Positions 19,712 to 29,126 of a stretch of 47,489 nt of DNA are shown here, one piece after another. Below the pieces are notes generated by a model that worked only from the letters and a program-made list of their open reading frames with translations, was not told the DNA's origin and made no database searches. How positions within the stretch are numbered: position 1 is the stretch's first letter; the number at the start of each line of letters is the position of its first letter. The translations under genes and the position numbers were made by a program. Source of the stretch: Candidatus Micrarchaeia archaeon (GTDB lineage: Archaea > Micrarchaeota > Micrarchaeia > Anstonellales > J096); assembly GCA_041500865.1 (NCBI GenBank), contig JBGQMY010000007.1, forward strand, positions 1 to 47,489. Reading direction: 5' to 3'.

Positions 19712-20245
19712 TCACTTTCTCAGTTTCAAGGTAATTTTTTCTTTCTCTGCTAATTCTTGAATTAATTTCTTGAATGATTCTGCTTTGTCTTTTTTAACGC
19801 TCTCAATCTGTTTTTCTGCCTTTTTTAATGATTCGATGCTCATAAGGGCTGAAGCCAGACAATAAAGGCTCATGCATTGCCCGGGATTATATTTCTCCAG
19901 CATTATCTCAAGAATCCTCTTTCTCTCTTCTTGTTCTTTTAAGAATCCCTTAATTCCTACTTTTTTTATTTTTTGAATGTTTGGAAGACATTTTTGGTGT
20001 GTAACAAAACTATCTGCATCAAACCATTTGTCAAATTTCTCGCATGGGAATTCAGGACAATCCCCACAGGTTTCATAGTTCCGTTTCATTACACCACACC
20101 TAAAAATAGAGCAGTATGAACAATGGGCATCCGGTCCACAACCTAAACATCTAGATTTTGCTTTGGATTGAAATCTGGGGCATAATCCACAAGATATACC
20201 ACAACAACCTATCAAATCGTATTTTTTCTTTTCCAATTCTTCCAA
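19712..20245 (-). CDS. DUF3795-like Cys-rich protein (AT-rich, probably acquired)
   Basis: IGCCGISCGLCP...CLGC...C.IF.C......TCGDCPEFPC; TTG start after a GGAG SD. Confidence 0.8.
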   Translation of the reverse strand: MEELEKKKYDLIGCCGISCGLCPRFQSKAKSRCLGCGPDAHCSYCSIFRCGVMKRNYETCGDCPEFPCEKFDKWFDADSFVTHQKCLPNIQKIKKVGIKGFLKEQEERKRILEIMLEKYNPGQCMSLYCLASALMSIESLKKAEKQIESVKKDKAESFKKLIQELAEKEKITLKLRK

Positions 20246-20360
20246 CTCCTTTCAAGCCGTTAAAATAGCTTTATTTGAAAGGGTTTAAATCTGTAATTCT
20301 CCCATTTTGTTGGAGCGCTCCACCGTCTAAAACAGGGTGGGGTATATACCAAATCTGCCA

Positions 20361-20434
20361 AGCCCCGAGTGGAGTTTGAATCCACGGCCTTTCGATTACC
20401 AATCGAACGCTCTACCAGGCTGAGCTATCGGGGC
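20361..20434 (-). tRNA. tRNA-Thr (GGT)
   Basis: Reverse complement gives acceptor stem GCCCCGA/TCGGGGC and anticodon arm TTCGA-TT GGT AA-TCGAA. Confidence 0.93.
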
Positions 20435-20613
20435 CTGAGCAAATAAATCCACTAATTGGGGCAAAAACCTTTTAAATGTGCCAACCGTTTCCGGACTTAA
20501 CCCTGCGGCACTGCCGCCAAATCAAGTATTGCCTTTCCAGTTAAATTGCCTATAATGCATCATATGGCCTACGGAGAATAAATGCTATAAAAATTAAATA
20601 AAATGATTGGAAA

Positions 20614-21852
20614 TCAGTCATGCCTGAACCATATCTCGCCTGGCTTCAGGGAAGTGTCAAATTTGAACGCCAGATACTGCGGATCCATGAACTTTGGGAT
20701 CTCGAAGTAGAGATATCCCTCGACAGTATCTCCTCCAACAAGGGAATCATAGGAGTCAAAGGCATTGTCATTGTAGCATGATGAGGTTGATGATGAAATC
20801 TTGTTGGACTTGCTTGGGCATATTGGGTTATATGTGATGTTATCTTCGTCTATAAGATAAAACGAGGACTGCGAAACCTCAAAGTCATAGTCATGGATAG
20901 CATCTATCGTTACTGAAACCTCAATGAATTTCTTGGAGCTTGAGCCTGAGGAGAGTATCATGTCAGTTCCGTTTCTAGACGTATATGACAAATTCCTTCC
21001 TATGTCATCAAAGCTGTCTATGCTGAATTTCAGGTCATGCATCTTTGGATTTAGGTCACTGTCATATATTACTTCGGCAGGATACTCGTTTGAGCATGTT
21101 GCGTTGCATATTCCCGGGCTTAGGCACTTGTCCTGGGTCAAGGAGCTTCCGTCGTCGCAGTCGCTGTTGTATTTGCAAACGGGGGTTTTGCAAGAATTGT
21201 TGCATGATATCTGGCCTGTCGGGCACGAGCATTTGTTAAGATCGGTCACCAAGTTTCCGTTTGAGCATAATTTGGTGATGTCCTCGGTTGAGCATTTTCC
21301 TTCCAACGTGCCGTCAGCGCAGTTCTTCCAGCAATCGCCGCTGTATAATGAATATCCTGGTTCGCATCCGCATTTCGCAGGATTCCGGGACAATGTGCCT
21401 TCTGGTGTGCATAAGGAGGTGGCGTTTGTCTTTGAGCAGCTGTTTATCTCTGTTCCGTCAAGGCATCTTTTGATAACGCAACTGTTGTTGACAAGGTCAT
21501 GCCTTGAATCTGTGCATCCGCATTTCGCAGGGTCGCTTACCAGCGCCCCGTCAAGGCAGAAGTTTGGCTTTGTCATTCCGCATTTGCCTGCTTCCGTCCC
21601 GTCAGGGCAGAGTTTCAGGCATGCGCCGTTCGACATGGTATAGTTGGCAGGGCATCCGCACTTCTCCGCGTTTTTCAGAAGCTCGCCCCCTGCGCAGTAC
21701 ATCGGCTTTGTGGCTGAGCAGGCCTTCTCCAAAGTCCCGTCGGAGCAGTTTGCCACGGAAGGCGCTTGCGTTGAAGGCTGGGCAGGCTGGCCTGTGCAGC
21801 CCATAAGCAGCATTATCCCAAACATCATGGCAATTATTGCAATTCCTTTCAT
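20614..21852 (-). CDS. Cys-rich repeat surface lipoprotein with DUF4352-like C-terminal beta domain
   Basis: Lipobox LLMG|C; four C-x-DGT-x4-C...C...KC(G/S)C repeats; C-terminal F.L.D.....Y...G..V.GYLYFEIP. Confidence 0.8.
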   Translation of the reverse strand: MKGIAIIAMMFGIMLLMGCTGQPAQPSTQAPSVANCSDGTLEKACSATKPMYCAGGELLKNAEKCGCPANYTMSNGACLKLCPDGTEAGKCGMTKPNFCLDGALVSDPAKCGCTDSRHDLVNNSCVIKRCLDGTEINSCSKTNATSLCTPEGTLSRNPAKCGCEPGYSLYSGDCWKNCADGTLEGKCSTEDITKLCSNGNLVTDLNKCSCPTGQISCNNSCKTPVCKYNSDCDDGSSLTQDKCLSPGICNATCSNEYPAEVIYDSDLNPKMHDLKFSIDSFDDIGRNLSYTSRNGTDMILSSGSSSKKFIEVSVTIDAIHDYDFEVSQSSFYLIDEDNITYNPICPSKSNKISSSTSSCYNDNAFDSYDSLVGGDTVEGYLYFEIPKFMDPQYLAFKFDTSLKPGEIWFRHD

Positions 21853-21927
21853 AAGATAGAATTCAAGCAATGCTTTTATAAATCTGAACTGTGGGGGGCG
21901 GCGCTCCCTTGTACGGTAAAGAAAACT

Positions 21928-22404
21928 TTAAACACCGGCTATTTTCCCTCTTATCTTGTCCAAGGCTTCCTTAATCCTCTGCCAGTGCGAGCCATGCCAG
22001 TAAACCTTGTTACAGGAGGCGCACATCAGGAAATCGTCAAACTTGTCCAGAATCGCGTCCGGGACCTTGCCGCGGACCCCCTCTTTTGAGGCCTTTTTCA
22101 GTGTGCCGTTGCAGGACGTGCAAACCGTTTCGGGGAATATCTCCTTGACGCCTGCCCCGGAAAGCGCCATTGCCAGCTTTTCCTCATGCGGGCTCCATAC
22201 AGGCAGCAGGATTGCCTTTGCGCCCTTGCTTGGGCACCGCGAGGCCAGCTCCCTGTCGGAAGTAAGGACGATTGAGCCTGATTTCAGCGCTTCGGAGATT
22301 ATCTCGCCGTCAGAGCCCCATTTTTTATAGACAGCGACAAAGCCGCAGAGCCTGAGCCAGATTGCGACGTCATTGAGCATCTCGTCGACAACAAAGGAAA
22401 CCAT
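21928..22404 (-). CDS. Mut7-C RNase domain protein
   Basis: FVVDEML..VA.WLR.CG, LTSD, CTSCN, C.SCNKVYW.GSH. Confidence 0.88.
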   Translation of the reverse strand: MVSFVVDEMLNDVAIWLRLCGFVAVYKKWGSDGEIISEALKSGSIVLTSDRELASRCPSKGAKAILLPVWSPHEEKLAMALSGAGVKEIFPETVCTSCNGTLKKASKEGVRGKVPDAILDKFDDFLMCASCNKVYWHGSHWQRIKEALDKIRGKIAGV

Positions 22405-22413
22405 AAGCAGGAA

Positions 22414-22722
22414 TCAGTTCGGGAGGTTTATCTTCACGTATACGTTTTCAGGCACCTTTATCCTTAGGATTTGCCTTATTGATTTTTCGTCGCCCTCTAT
22501 CTCTATTATCCTTTTTGATATCCTCTTGTGCCAGTGCTCATAGGTGTCGCTGCCGTCGCCGCAAGGCGTGCGCCTGCACGTGACAGTCAGCTTCTTCGTA
22601 GGCAGCGGAATGGGCCCCAAGACCTTCATGCCCAAAGCCGCGGAGATAGTCCTTATCTGGTTTACTACGTAGTCTATGCTCTCAGCCTTGTCAGATTCCA
22701 GGTTTATTCTTGCTTTGGACAT
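22414..22722 (-). CDS. rps10: 30S ribosomal protein S10
   Basis: GPIPLPTK, RRTPCGDGS.T.E.W. Confidence 0.95.
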   Translation of the reverse strand: MSKARINLESDKAESIDYVVNQIRTISAALGMKVLGPIPLPTKKLTVTCRRTPCGDGSDTYEHWHKRISKRIIEIEGDEKSIRQILRIKVPENVYVKINLPN

Positions 22723-22757
22723 TCAAACACCATGTATTAAATTAAAAAAGAAAGGAG

Positions 22758-24026
22758 TCACATCTCCTTCTTCTTGACGGTCATCACTACGCCAGCCGCG
22801 ACGGTCATGTTCATGTCCCTTATCGCAAACCTTCCGAGCCCGGGAAAGTCCTTGAATGTCTCAATCACGGTCGGCTTCAGAACCTTTACCCTAATCAATG
22901 CAGACTCTCCGGTCTTTACGAAGTCGGCCTTTCCTGTGCTCTGGCCTGTCTTCGGGTCCTTCTTGTCCATTATCTCAAGAATCTTGCCCGGGAAGTGCGT
23001 CTCGTGTATGTGGAAGACTGGCGTGTAGCCGACCGGCATCGCCGTCGGGTGGCTTATGACCACTATCTGCGCCGTGAACTCGTCAGCAACCGTTGGCGGG
23101 TTGTCAAACGGGCCTGCGACGTCGCCCCTTTTTATGTCCCCCTTCTCTATGCCCTTTAGGTTGAACCCGATGTTGTCTCCGGGCCCTGCCTCCTGGATTT
23201 CCTGGTGGTGCATCTCTATCTTCTTCACTTCGCCCACCTTGTTGCTGGGCATCACGACAAGCTTCATGCCCAGTTTCATTATTCCGGAGTCCACCTTTCC
23301 GACCGGCACGACTCCGTATCCGGTTATTGTGTAAACGTCCTGTATCGGCACCCTGAGCGGCTTGTCAGTCGGCTTGGCCGGCACTGAAAGCTCGTCAAGC
23401 TGCTCAAACAGCGTCTTGCCCGTAAACCACGGCATGTTCGTGCTCCTGTTCTTCAGGTTGTCGCCGTGGTATGCAGAGGCCGGTATGAACGGCACCTTTG
23501 CAGGGTCGTAGCCTATGCCCTTCAGCAGCGTTGAAACCTCTGCCTTGAGCTTGTTGTACGTGTCCTGCGAGTAGTTGATTGCGTCCATCTTCGAGAACAG
23601 CACTATGAACTGGTTTATGCCAAGCACTTTCGCAAGGAACGCGTGCTCCTTGGTCTGCGGCTGTATCCCGTCCTTTGCGGAAATGACGAGGACCGCTGCA
23701 TCCGCCTGCGAAGCGCCGCTTATCATGTTCTTGATGAAGTCCCTGTGCCCCGGCGCGTCGATAATCGTGAAGTAGTACTTCGCGGTCTCGAAGTCCTGGT
23801 GCGAAATCTCAATCGTCACGCCCCTTTCCCTCTCCTCCTTCAGGGAGTCCATGACGAACGCGAATTCAAAGGTCGCCTTTCCGAGCTTGTCGGCCTCCTC
23901 CTTGAGCTTCTTTATCGTCTGCTCCGAGACCCTGCCGCTGTCGTAAAGGATCCTTCCGACTGTTGTCGACTTTCCTGCGTCGACGTGCCCTATAAAAACT
24001 ATATTCAAGTGTTCCTTTTTTGCCAT
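22758..24026 (-). CDS. tuf: Elongation factor 1-alpha
   Basis: GHVDAGKST, ERERGVTI, DAPGHRDF, LGRFAIRDM. Confidence 0.97.
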   Translation of the reverse strand: MAKKEHLNIVFIGHVDAGKSTTVGRILYDSGRVSEQTIKKLKEEADKLGKATFEFAFVMDSLKEERERGVTIEISHQDFETAKYYFTIIDAPGHRDFIKNMISGASQADAAVLVISAKDGIQPQTKEHAFLAKVLGINQFIVLFSKMDAINYSQDTYNKLKAEVSTLLKGIGYDPAKVPFIPASAYHGDNLKNRSTNMPWFTGKTLFEQLDELSVPAKPTDKPLRVPIQDVYTITGYGVVPVGKVDSGIMKLGMKLVVMPSNKVGEVKKIEMHHQEIQEAGPGDNIGFNLKGIEKGDIKRGDVAGPFDNPPTVADEFTAQIVVISHPTAMPVGYTPVFHIHETHFPGKILEIMDKKDPKTGQSTGKADFVKTGESALIRVKVLKPTVIETFKDFPGLGRFAIRDMNMTVAAGVVMTVKKKEM

Positions 24027-24086
24027 ACATAACACCTCATAAGCGTTTTGACAAAGGGGTTTTGAGGATAAAGGTTTTTAAAGCCT

Positions 24087-24731
24087 TTACTCCTCGCCCT
24101 CCTCCTCACCTATCTCAAGCCTCTCAAACATCGAAACCGGGACCTTGAAGTCGTCGTAGGACTTGGCCTTGCCGGATTTCACTGAAAGCTCCCTTGCCAG
24201 CACCCAGAAGAAGAGCGCGAGGCTCTTCCTTCCCTTGTTGTTCATCGGAACCGGCACGTCTATGCCCTGCAGCACGTTGTCCGTGTCAACCAGCCCTATC
24301 ACCTCTATGCCCATGGCGTTGGCCTCCTTTATGGCCTCCTTCTCCGCCCTAGGGTCGGTAACAACCACAACCTTTGGCTCCATGAAATGGCTGGACTTCA
24401 CGTTTGTCAATGTCCCTGGTATGAAGCGCTTCTCAATGACGTTGATGTCGCTAAGGACGGATTTCAGCTTGTTGGCAGCGTTTGCCGTGTACATCCTTGT
24501 CGCGATGACAAGCACGTCTTTAGGCTCATAGTTCTTTATGGCCTTCATGGCCGCCCTTATGCCCTCGTCTATCCTTTGGACGTCTATTATGAATATCCCG
24601 TCCTTCCTTTTCTTGAACACGAAAACCTTTGCGTCCCCTGTCCTCAGCTTTGTCCCGATGTGGATGCCTGACTCAAGGTACGCGTCGCTGGAAACCAGCA
24701 GGTTTGCCTCGTTTGACTTTTCTCCCTCCAT
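24087..24731 (-). CDS. rps2: 30S ribosomal protein S2
   Basis: YLESGIHIGT, RFIPGTLTN, VTDP, PMNNKG. Confidence 0.95.
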   Translation of the reverse strand: MEGEKSNEANLLVSSDAYLESGIHIGTKLRTGDAKVFVFKKRKDGIFIIDVQRIDEGIRAAMKAIKNYEPKDVLVIATRMYTANAANKLKSVLSDINVIEKRFIPGTLTNVKSSHFMEPKVVVVTDPRAEKEAIKEANAMGIEVIGLVDTDNVLQGIDVPVPMNNKGRKSLALFFWVLARELSVKSGKAKSYDDFKVPVSMFERLEIGEEEGEE

Positions 24732-24752
24732 ACAATCACCATAAACCCAAAA

Positions 24753-24826
24753 TGGGGCCGCCGAGATTTGAACTCGGATCACAAGCACCCCAAGCTTGCA
24801 GGCTAACCAGGTTGCCCCACGGCCCC
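24753..24826 (-). tRNA. tRNA-Pro (GGG)
   Basis: Reverse complement gives acceptor stem GGGGCCG/CGGCCCC and anticodon arm CAAGC-TT GGG GT-GCTTG. Confidence 0.95.
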
Positions 24827-24833
24827 GCGAACA

Positions 24834-25031
24834 TCAGCTCCTCCTGAAAAGCACGGCCTCCTTGGCCACGTCCGTGTAGCTGAGGAACATCCTGCTGCAG
24901 CAGTACCTGTCTATGCCAAGGGACTCAAGCACCTTCTTTGGCTCCTCCCCGGCGTCAACCCTGTCCTTGTAGGCCTTGTGCATATGGCCTATGACCTTTC
25001 CGCACGTGAAACACCTTACAGGAAACTCCAT
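24834..25031 (-). CDS. rpoN: RNA polymerase subunit N (Rpo10)
   Basis: PVRCFTCGK...LGI.RYCC.RM. Confidence 0.95.
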   Translation of the reverse strand: MEFPVRCFTCGKVIGHMHKAYKDRVDAGEEPKKVLESLGIDRYCCSRMFLSYTDVAKEAVLFRRS

Positions 25032-25035
25032 GCCA

Positions 25036-25539
25036 TCACCTGTACGATTTCTGGTACCTTGCCCTTGCCTTGGGCCCCCTGTACTTCTTCGGCTCCACCC
25101 TTCTCGTGTCGCTGACTATCATCGTCCTTCCGCCGTGCTCGACAAGCGCCCTTTCCAGCGACTCGTCGTTGAAATGCTCAACCAGTCCGCTTGCTATCGC
25201 GGTCCTGATTGCCTGCATCTGGCCTGACGCGCCGCCCCCGCGGACGTCAGCTTCTATGTCCAGCTTCTCCGTCCTGGGCCCTGCTATGTCAAGGACCTCC
25301 CGTATCAATTGCTTGTGGTACTTGTTTGGCAGCGTGGCAAGCGCCATGCCGTTTACCCTGATTATGCCCTTGCCGTCCCTTATGAAGACCCTTGCTATGG
25401 CCCTTTTCCTTTTTCCGCTTGAGACTGTTATCTTTTCCCTTTTTGCCTTCCTTGCCTTTGGCGCGATGTGGACCTTCTTCGGTTCTTCATGCTCCTTTCC
25501 GGCCTTCTCGGCCTTTTCCTTCTTTGCTGCCATAAGCAT
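25036..25539 (-). CDS. rps9: 30S ribosomal protein S9
   Basis: GKRKRAIAR, GGG..GQ, D.RR.EPKK..GPKARARYQKSYR. Confidence 0.95.
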   Translation of the reverse strand: MLMAAKKEKAEKAGKEHEEPKKVHIAPKARKAKREKITVSSGKRKRAIARVFIRDGKGIIRVNGMALATLPNKYHKQLIREVLDIAGPRTEKLDIEADVRGGGASGQMQAIRTAIASGLVEHFNDESLERALVEHGGRTMIVSDTRRVEPKKYRGPKARARYQKSYR

Positions 25540-25955
25540 CACTGCCTCCATCCAAGCTGTTTGCACAGGTCCCCGATGACCATGTATTTCACGAGGTTTT
25601 TCGGCTTGGCTACATCCATGCCCTCAAAGTCCTTTAGCGCTTCAGGGTTCCCTACGAACACCTTGAGCCTCCTGAACGCATCCTTTCCCCTTGTAGTCTT
25701 CCATGGGAGCATGCCCCTTATCAGCCTTCTGACGAACAAATTCGGAACGTTCGGAAACTTCGGGCTCTTTTCCGGGTTCTGCTTGTTCTGCATGTTCCTC
25801 TTTGTCACGTAGTCCTCAACCAGCATTCTCTTCTTGCCTGTCATGAGCGCCTTCTCCGCATTCACCACTACCACGTTTTCCTTGTTGAGGATTTTTTTCG
25901 CTACTATGCTCGCCATCCTTCCGACGATAAGCCCTTCGGCGTTTATGTTGGACAT
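25539..25955 (-). CDS. rpl13: 50S ribosomal protein L13
   Basis: GRMAS.VAK, VVNAEK, RR.IRGMLP. Confidence 0.95.
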   Translation of the reverse strand: MSNINAEGLIVGRMASIVAKKILNKENVVVVNAEKALMTGKKRMLVEDYVTKRNMQNKQNPEKSPKFPNVPNLFVRRLIRGMLPWKTTRGKDAFRRLKVFVGNPEALKDFEGMDVAKPKNLVKYMVIGDLCKQLGWRQ

Positions 25956-25965
25956 CGTTGGCACC

Positions 25966-26316
25966 TCAGCTGATTATAATCATGTCCTTGACCCTGTCCT
26001 TGCTGGACTCGTAAAGCTCTCCTATCGAGATGGCCTTGCCGCCTGCGTTGGATATGCTTTCCGACGCCGTCTTGCTGAACCTGTATGCTGCAACGACGAC
26101 CGGCTTGTCCAATTCACCTGCCCCCAGGACCTTGCCCGGAACTATCACTGTGATGCCTTCCTTGGCGTACCTCGCGATTTTTGATACGTTGACCTCGACC
26201 TTTGCCCTTTTCGGCTTGTCGAGGAGCTCGCTGACCCTTTTCCATATCGCTTTCTTGTCGCTCCTAAGCTTGCCTATCAGATTCACTAGGTTTTTGTCTT
26301 CAGGGTTTGGCTTCAT
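25966..26316 (-). CDS. rpl18e: 50S ribosomal protein L18e
   Basis: IWKRV..LL.KP.R...VN..KI, VPGKVLG.G, FSK.A...I..AGG. Confidence 0.93.
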   Translation of the reverse strand: MKPNPEDKNLVNLIGKLRSDKKAIWKRVSELLDKPKRAKVEVNVSKIARYAKEGITVIVPGKVLGAGELDKPVVVAAYRFSKTASESISNAGGKAISIGELYESSKDRVKDMIIIS

Positions 26317-26433
26317 CTTCACACCTTCGCCTTGCGGCTCGCCCCGTGTCAAGGGACTTGAAATCTTACACGTTAGTCTTTGGAAGGTTTTTTAAAGGTT
26401 GCCTTATCGGGGCTTTGCACATTTGTTTGCCGC

Positions 26434-27375
26434 TTATCTTGCAGAAGCCGCCGACCTGAGCAAATCTGCGGTCTTGCTGTGCCCGTTTTCCATGGCATAC
26501 GTGAGCGCATTCCTGCCGGCCTGGTCCCTTGCATTCACGTCCGCTCCCTTCTCGAGCAGCAACGATACAATCCCGTATTGGCCTTCCCTTGCCGCAAACA
26601 TGAGCGGGGTCCAGCCGTTGATGTCTCTCGCATTCACATAGGCCTTGTTTCTGACAAGGAGCGCAGCGACTTCATTCTGGTCTTCGATGATGGCCCGCAT
26701 CAGCGCGGTTATGCCGTATTCGTCCATTGCATTGATTTTGGCGCCATGCCTCAGCAGCAGTACGGCCATTTCGGCGTTTCCGCTCATGGCAGCCAGCATG
26801 AGCGGGGTTTGCTCCCTGAGATTGAGCAGCTTGACGTTGCCGTGTTTGTTGGGGTCGGCTCCCCTTTCCAGCAGAAGCTCCACGGTTTTGCAATAATATT
26901 TGTTGTCAAATGCGGCCAGTATGAGCGGGGTGTTACCGTCGGCGTTTGTTGCGTTTACGTCTGCGCCGCTGTCAATAAGCAAGGCGCACGTTTCCGTATT
27001 GATGGCAGAGCAGGCCGCATGATGCAGCGGGGTCCAGCCGTTGGCGTCCTTTGCGTTCACGTCTGCGCCGTTTTTCAGCAGCGAATCCACAACTTCTGTT
27101 TTGCCAAATGCGGCTGCATTCATCAGGGCGCTGTCGCAAGCCGGCTGCTCCGAATATGTATCGGCCTTGCGCGTGTCGGGTTTGTCGCGCGGAGCTGCGC
27201 AGCCTTGGATAATAAGCACTGCGGAAAGTGCCAAGGCCGCATAAAGAGTTGGTACATGCACCCTGCGCCTTATCCTTCCGACAAGGGGCTCCATTGCACT
27301 GAACGAACGGGCCTTTTGTGAAGCATCGAGTTTGTCCTTTACGGACGATGGCTTAAGCCCTAATGCCAGATTCAT
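26434..27375 (-). CDS. Ankyrin repeat protein with an Arg-rich signal-like segment and lipobox
   Basis: About 7 ankyrin repeats; RIRRR followed by hydrophobic LYAALALSAVLIIQG|C; lacks the C-terminal Cys tail of the other ankyrin proteins. Confidence 0.88.
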   Translation of the reverse strand: MNLALGLKPSSVKDKLDASQKARSFSAMEPLVGRIRRRVHVPTLYAALALSAVLIIQGCAAPRDKPDTRKADTYSEQPACDSALMNAAAFGKTEVVDSLLKNGADVNAKDANGWTPLHHAACSAINTETCALLIDSGADVNATNADGNTPLILAAFDNKYYCKTVELLLERGADPNKHGNVKLLNLREQTPLMLAAMSGNAEMAVLLLRHGAKINAMDEYGITALMRAIIEDQNEVAALLVRNKAYVNARDINGWTPLMFAAREGQYGIVSLLLEKGADVNARDQAGRNALTYAMENGHSKTADLLRSAASAR

Positions 27376-27428
27376 ACGCTTATTATAAGCAAAAGAGGTT
27401 AAAAATGCTTGTGCATTGGCTCAGATTA

Positions 27429-27907
27429 TTAAAACGGCATCAATGCATTGCCGATTATGATGGAAATCCAAGGTACTGCCATGGCGCAAGCCTCTCCTTG
27501 TAAACGAATTTGCCGTAAAGCGCGGCTATGGCCGGGCTTGACATGGATATCGGGGCGACTATGCTGACGCTGCCTGTTGATATGCCGAGGTTGTATGCCA
27601 GGCCTGCTATGGCTATCAGCACTGCGGACGCGATTATGTATTTCATCATGCCCCTTTCCGGCATTGCAAAAGCCTCCTTGCCCATCCTCATGTGCAGGCC
27701 TGCGAACAGCATCTGGAAAAATTCCAGGAGGAAAGACGTCAAAACAGGGCCTATTGCAACTGCAGGAATCTTTAGCAGGAAGAATACCGCGCCCCAGAGC
27801 ACGCAGACGATGAAGGCGAGCCCTGCACCCTTCGCAAATTCTTTTCTTCCTTTGCCAAGCAGGGAAAACGGGTTGCCTGAAATCAGAAAAATGCCTTTTG
27901 CCAGCAC
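27429..27907 (-). pseudogene. EamA/DMT transporter remnant (single EamA half, frameshifted near the 3' end)
   Basis: VLWG, VSIVAPI..SSP, KERL...QYLG; the last helix (ISIIIGNALMPF) continues in another frame. Confidence 0.6.
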
Positions 27908-27948
27908 TGTGCCTAGAATTTAAAACAGCATCCCCAAAACTTAATCTT

Positions 27949-28512
27949 ATGGATTCATGGCCGCAGTTCAGGAAATCCGCCCTTGCGGGGCTTGAAGAGG
28001 CAAAAAAGGAGGGCAAGGCCGACAAAAGGGCCTTTCTGCTCATGGATGCGATAAACTCAATGCCGGAATTTGCCACCACGTCGTCATGCTCAGGCAGGGT
28101 CATGCTGCTTTCTCTAAAAAAGCACAAGAAGGACGCGAAAATGGAAAGCAGGTGGCACGGCAAGGTCAAGCCAGGCGACATAAGGAAGGCCGTTGAGGGA
28201 TACGGGGGCAGGAACAGGCTTTGGCTCAAGGCAGAGCCGTTCATACTGCACGTGGCCTGCAGAGACGTCGAAGCTGGAATGAAACTGCTCAGGGCATGCA
28301 AGGACGCGGGCGTGAAAAGGTTCGGGCTGCAGGCCATGAAGGGCGGAAAAAGGTGCCTTGTCGAGATAATCGGGACAGGAAGGATGGACATCCCGCTTGA
28401 GGCATGCTCAGTCAATTATGGAAAGTTCGCCAAGCTGGCCAACTCAATCATGGAACAGAATTGGAAAAGGATGGAGACGCTGAGGAAGGAGATTCAACGC
28501 CTTCCAGAATAA
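27949..28512 (+). CDS. taw3: tRNA wybutosine-pathway methyltransferase Taw3/Tyw3
   Basis: G.AD......IN....TTSSCSGR, EPFILHVAC. Confidence 0.9.
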   Translation: MDSWPQFRKSALAGLEEAKKEGKADKRAFLLMDAINSMPEFATTSSCSGRVMLLSLKKHKKDAKMESRWHGKVKPGDIRKAVEGYGGRNRLWLKAEPFILHVACRDVEAGMKLLRACKDAGVKRFGLQAMKGGKRCLVEIIGTGRMDIPLEACSVNYGKFAKLANSIMEQNWKRMETLRKEIQRLPE

Positions 28513-29126
28513 TATCTGCATATCCTGCTCAATTTGCATATGCCGCAGAGCGGATTTACCGGCCTGCATATCGTCTGCCCGTATGAGACAAAGGAGATGT
28601 TGACTTTTTTACGGAGCGTTTTCGGGAAAACGCGCATAAGGGCGCGCTCCGTCTGTTCCGGCTTTTTTGTTTTTACAAGGCCGAGCCTGTTGGCTATCCT
28701 GTGCAAATGGACGTCTACGCCTATAGTGTCCTTGTTGAACGCTGCCGCAAGAACGACGTTGGCGGTTTTGCGTCCCACGCCAGGAAGCTTGACCATGGAT
28801 TCAAACGTTTTTGGGACGCCATTTTTGGAAACGTAATCTGCGATTTCAATGACGCGTTTTGCTTTCTGCCTGAAGAACGCAACTCCGTAAATGAGCTTTT
28901 TGACTTCGGCGGTGCTTGCATTTGCAAGCGCACGCGCGTTTTTGTATCTTGAAAACAGCCTCTTGGTCGCCTTCATCGTCGCCTCGTCCCTTGTGCGGGA
29001 AGAGAGCATCGTGAAAATGAGTATTTTGAACGGGCTCTTGCCAATGGCTTTCCCTATCATGAAAACGGGCGCATGCCTCTTTCTGGCGTCTTTCCGCATT
29101 ATATTCAATATGGATGAAAGCCTCAT
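28494..29126 (-). CDS. nth: Endonuclease III
   Basis: HhH motif LPGVGRKTANVV, VDVH, and C-x6-C-x2-C-x5-C Fe-S motif. Confidence 0.92.
   Translation of the reverse strand: MRLSSILNIMRKDARKRHAPVFMIGKAIGKSPFKILIFTMLSSRTRDEATMKATKRLFSRYKNARALANASTAEVKKLIYGVAFFRQKAKRVIEIADYVSKNGVPKTFESMVKLPGVGRKTANVVLAAAFNKDTIGVDVHLHRIANRLGLVKTKKPEQTERALMRVFPKTLRKKVNISFVSYGQTICRPVNPLCGICKLSRICRYYSGRR

Noticed and set aside
20318..20345. ORB-like CTCCACCGTCTAAAACAGGGTGGGG
   Set aside because: Single, poorly matching copy inside the tRNA islet; no repeat or unwinding-element context.
27429..28415. 328-aa minus-strand ORF
   Set aside because: Mostly antisense to taw3 and out of frame with the EamA remnant; only its last ~12 codons look like real EamA sequence.
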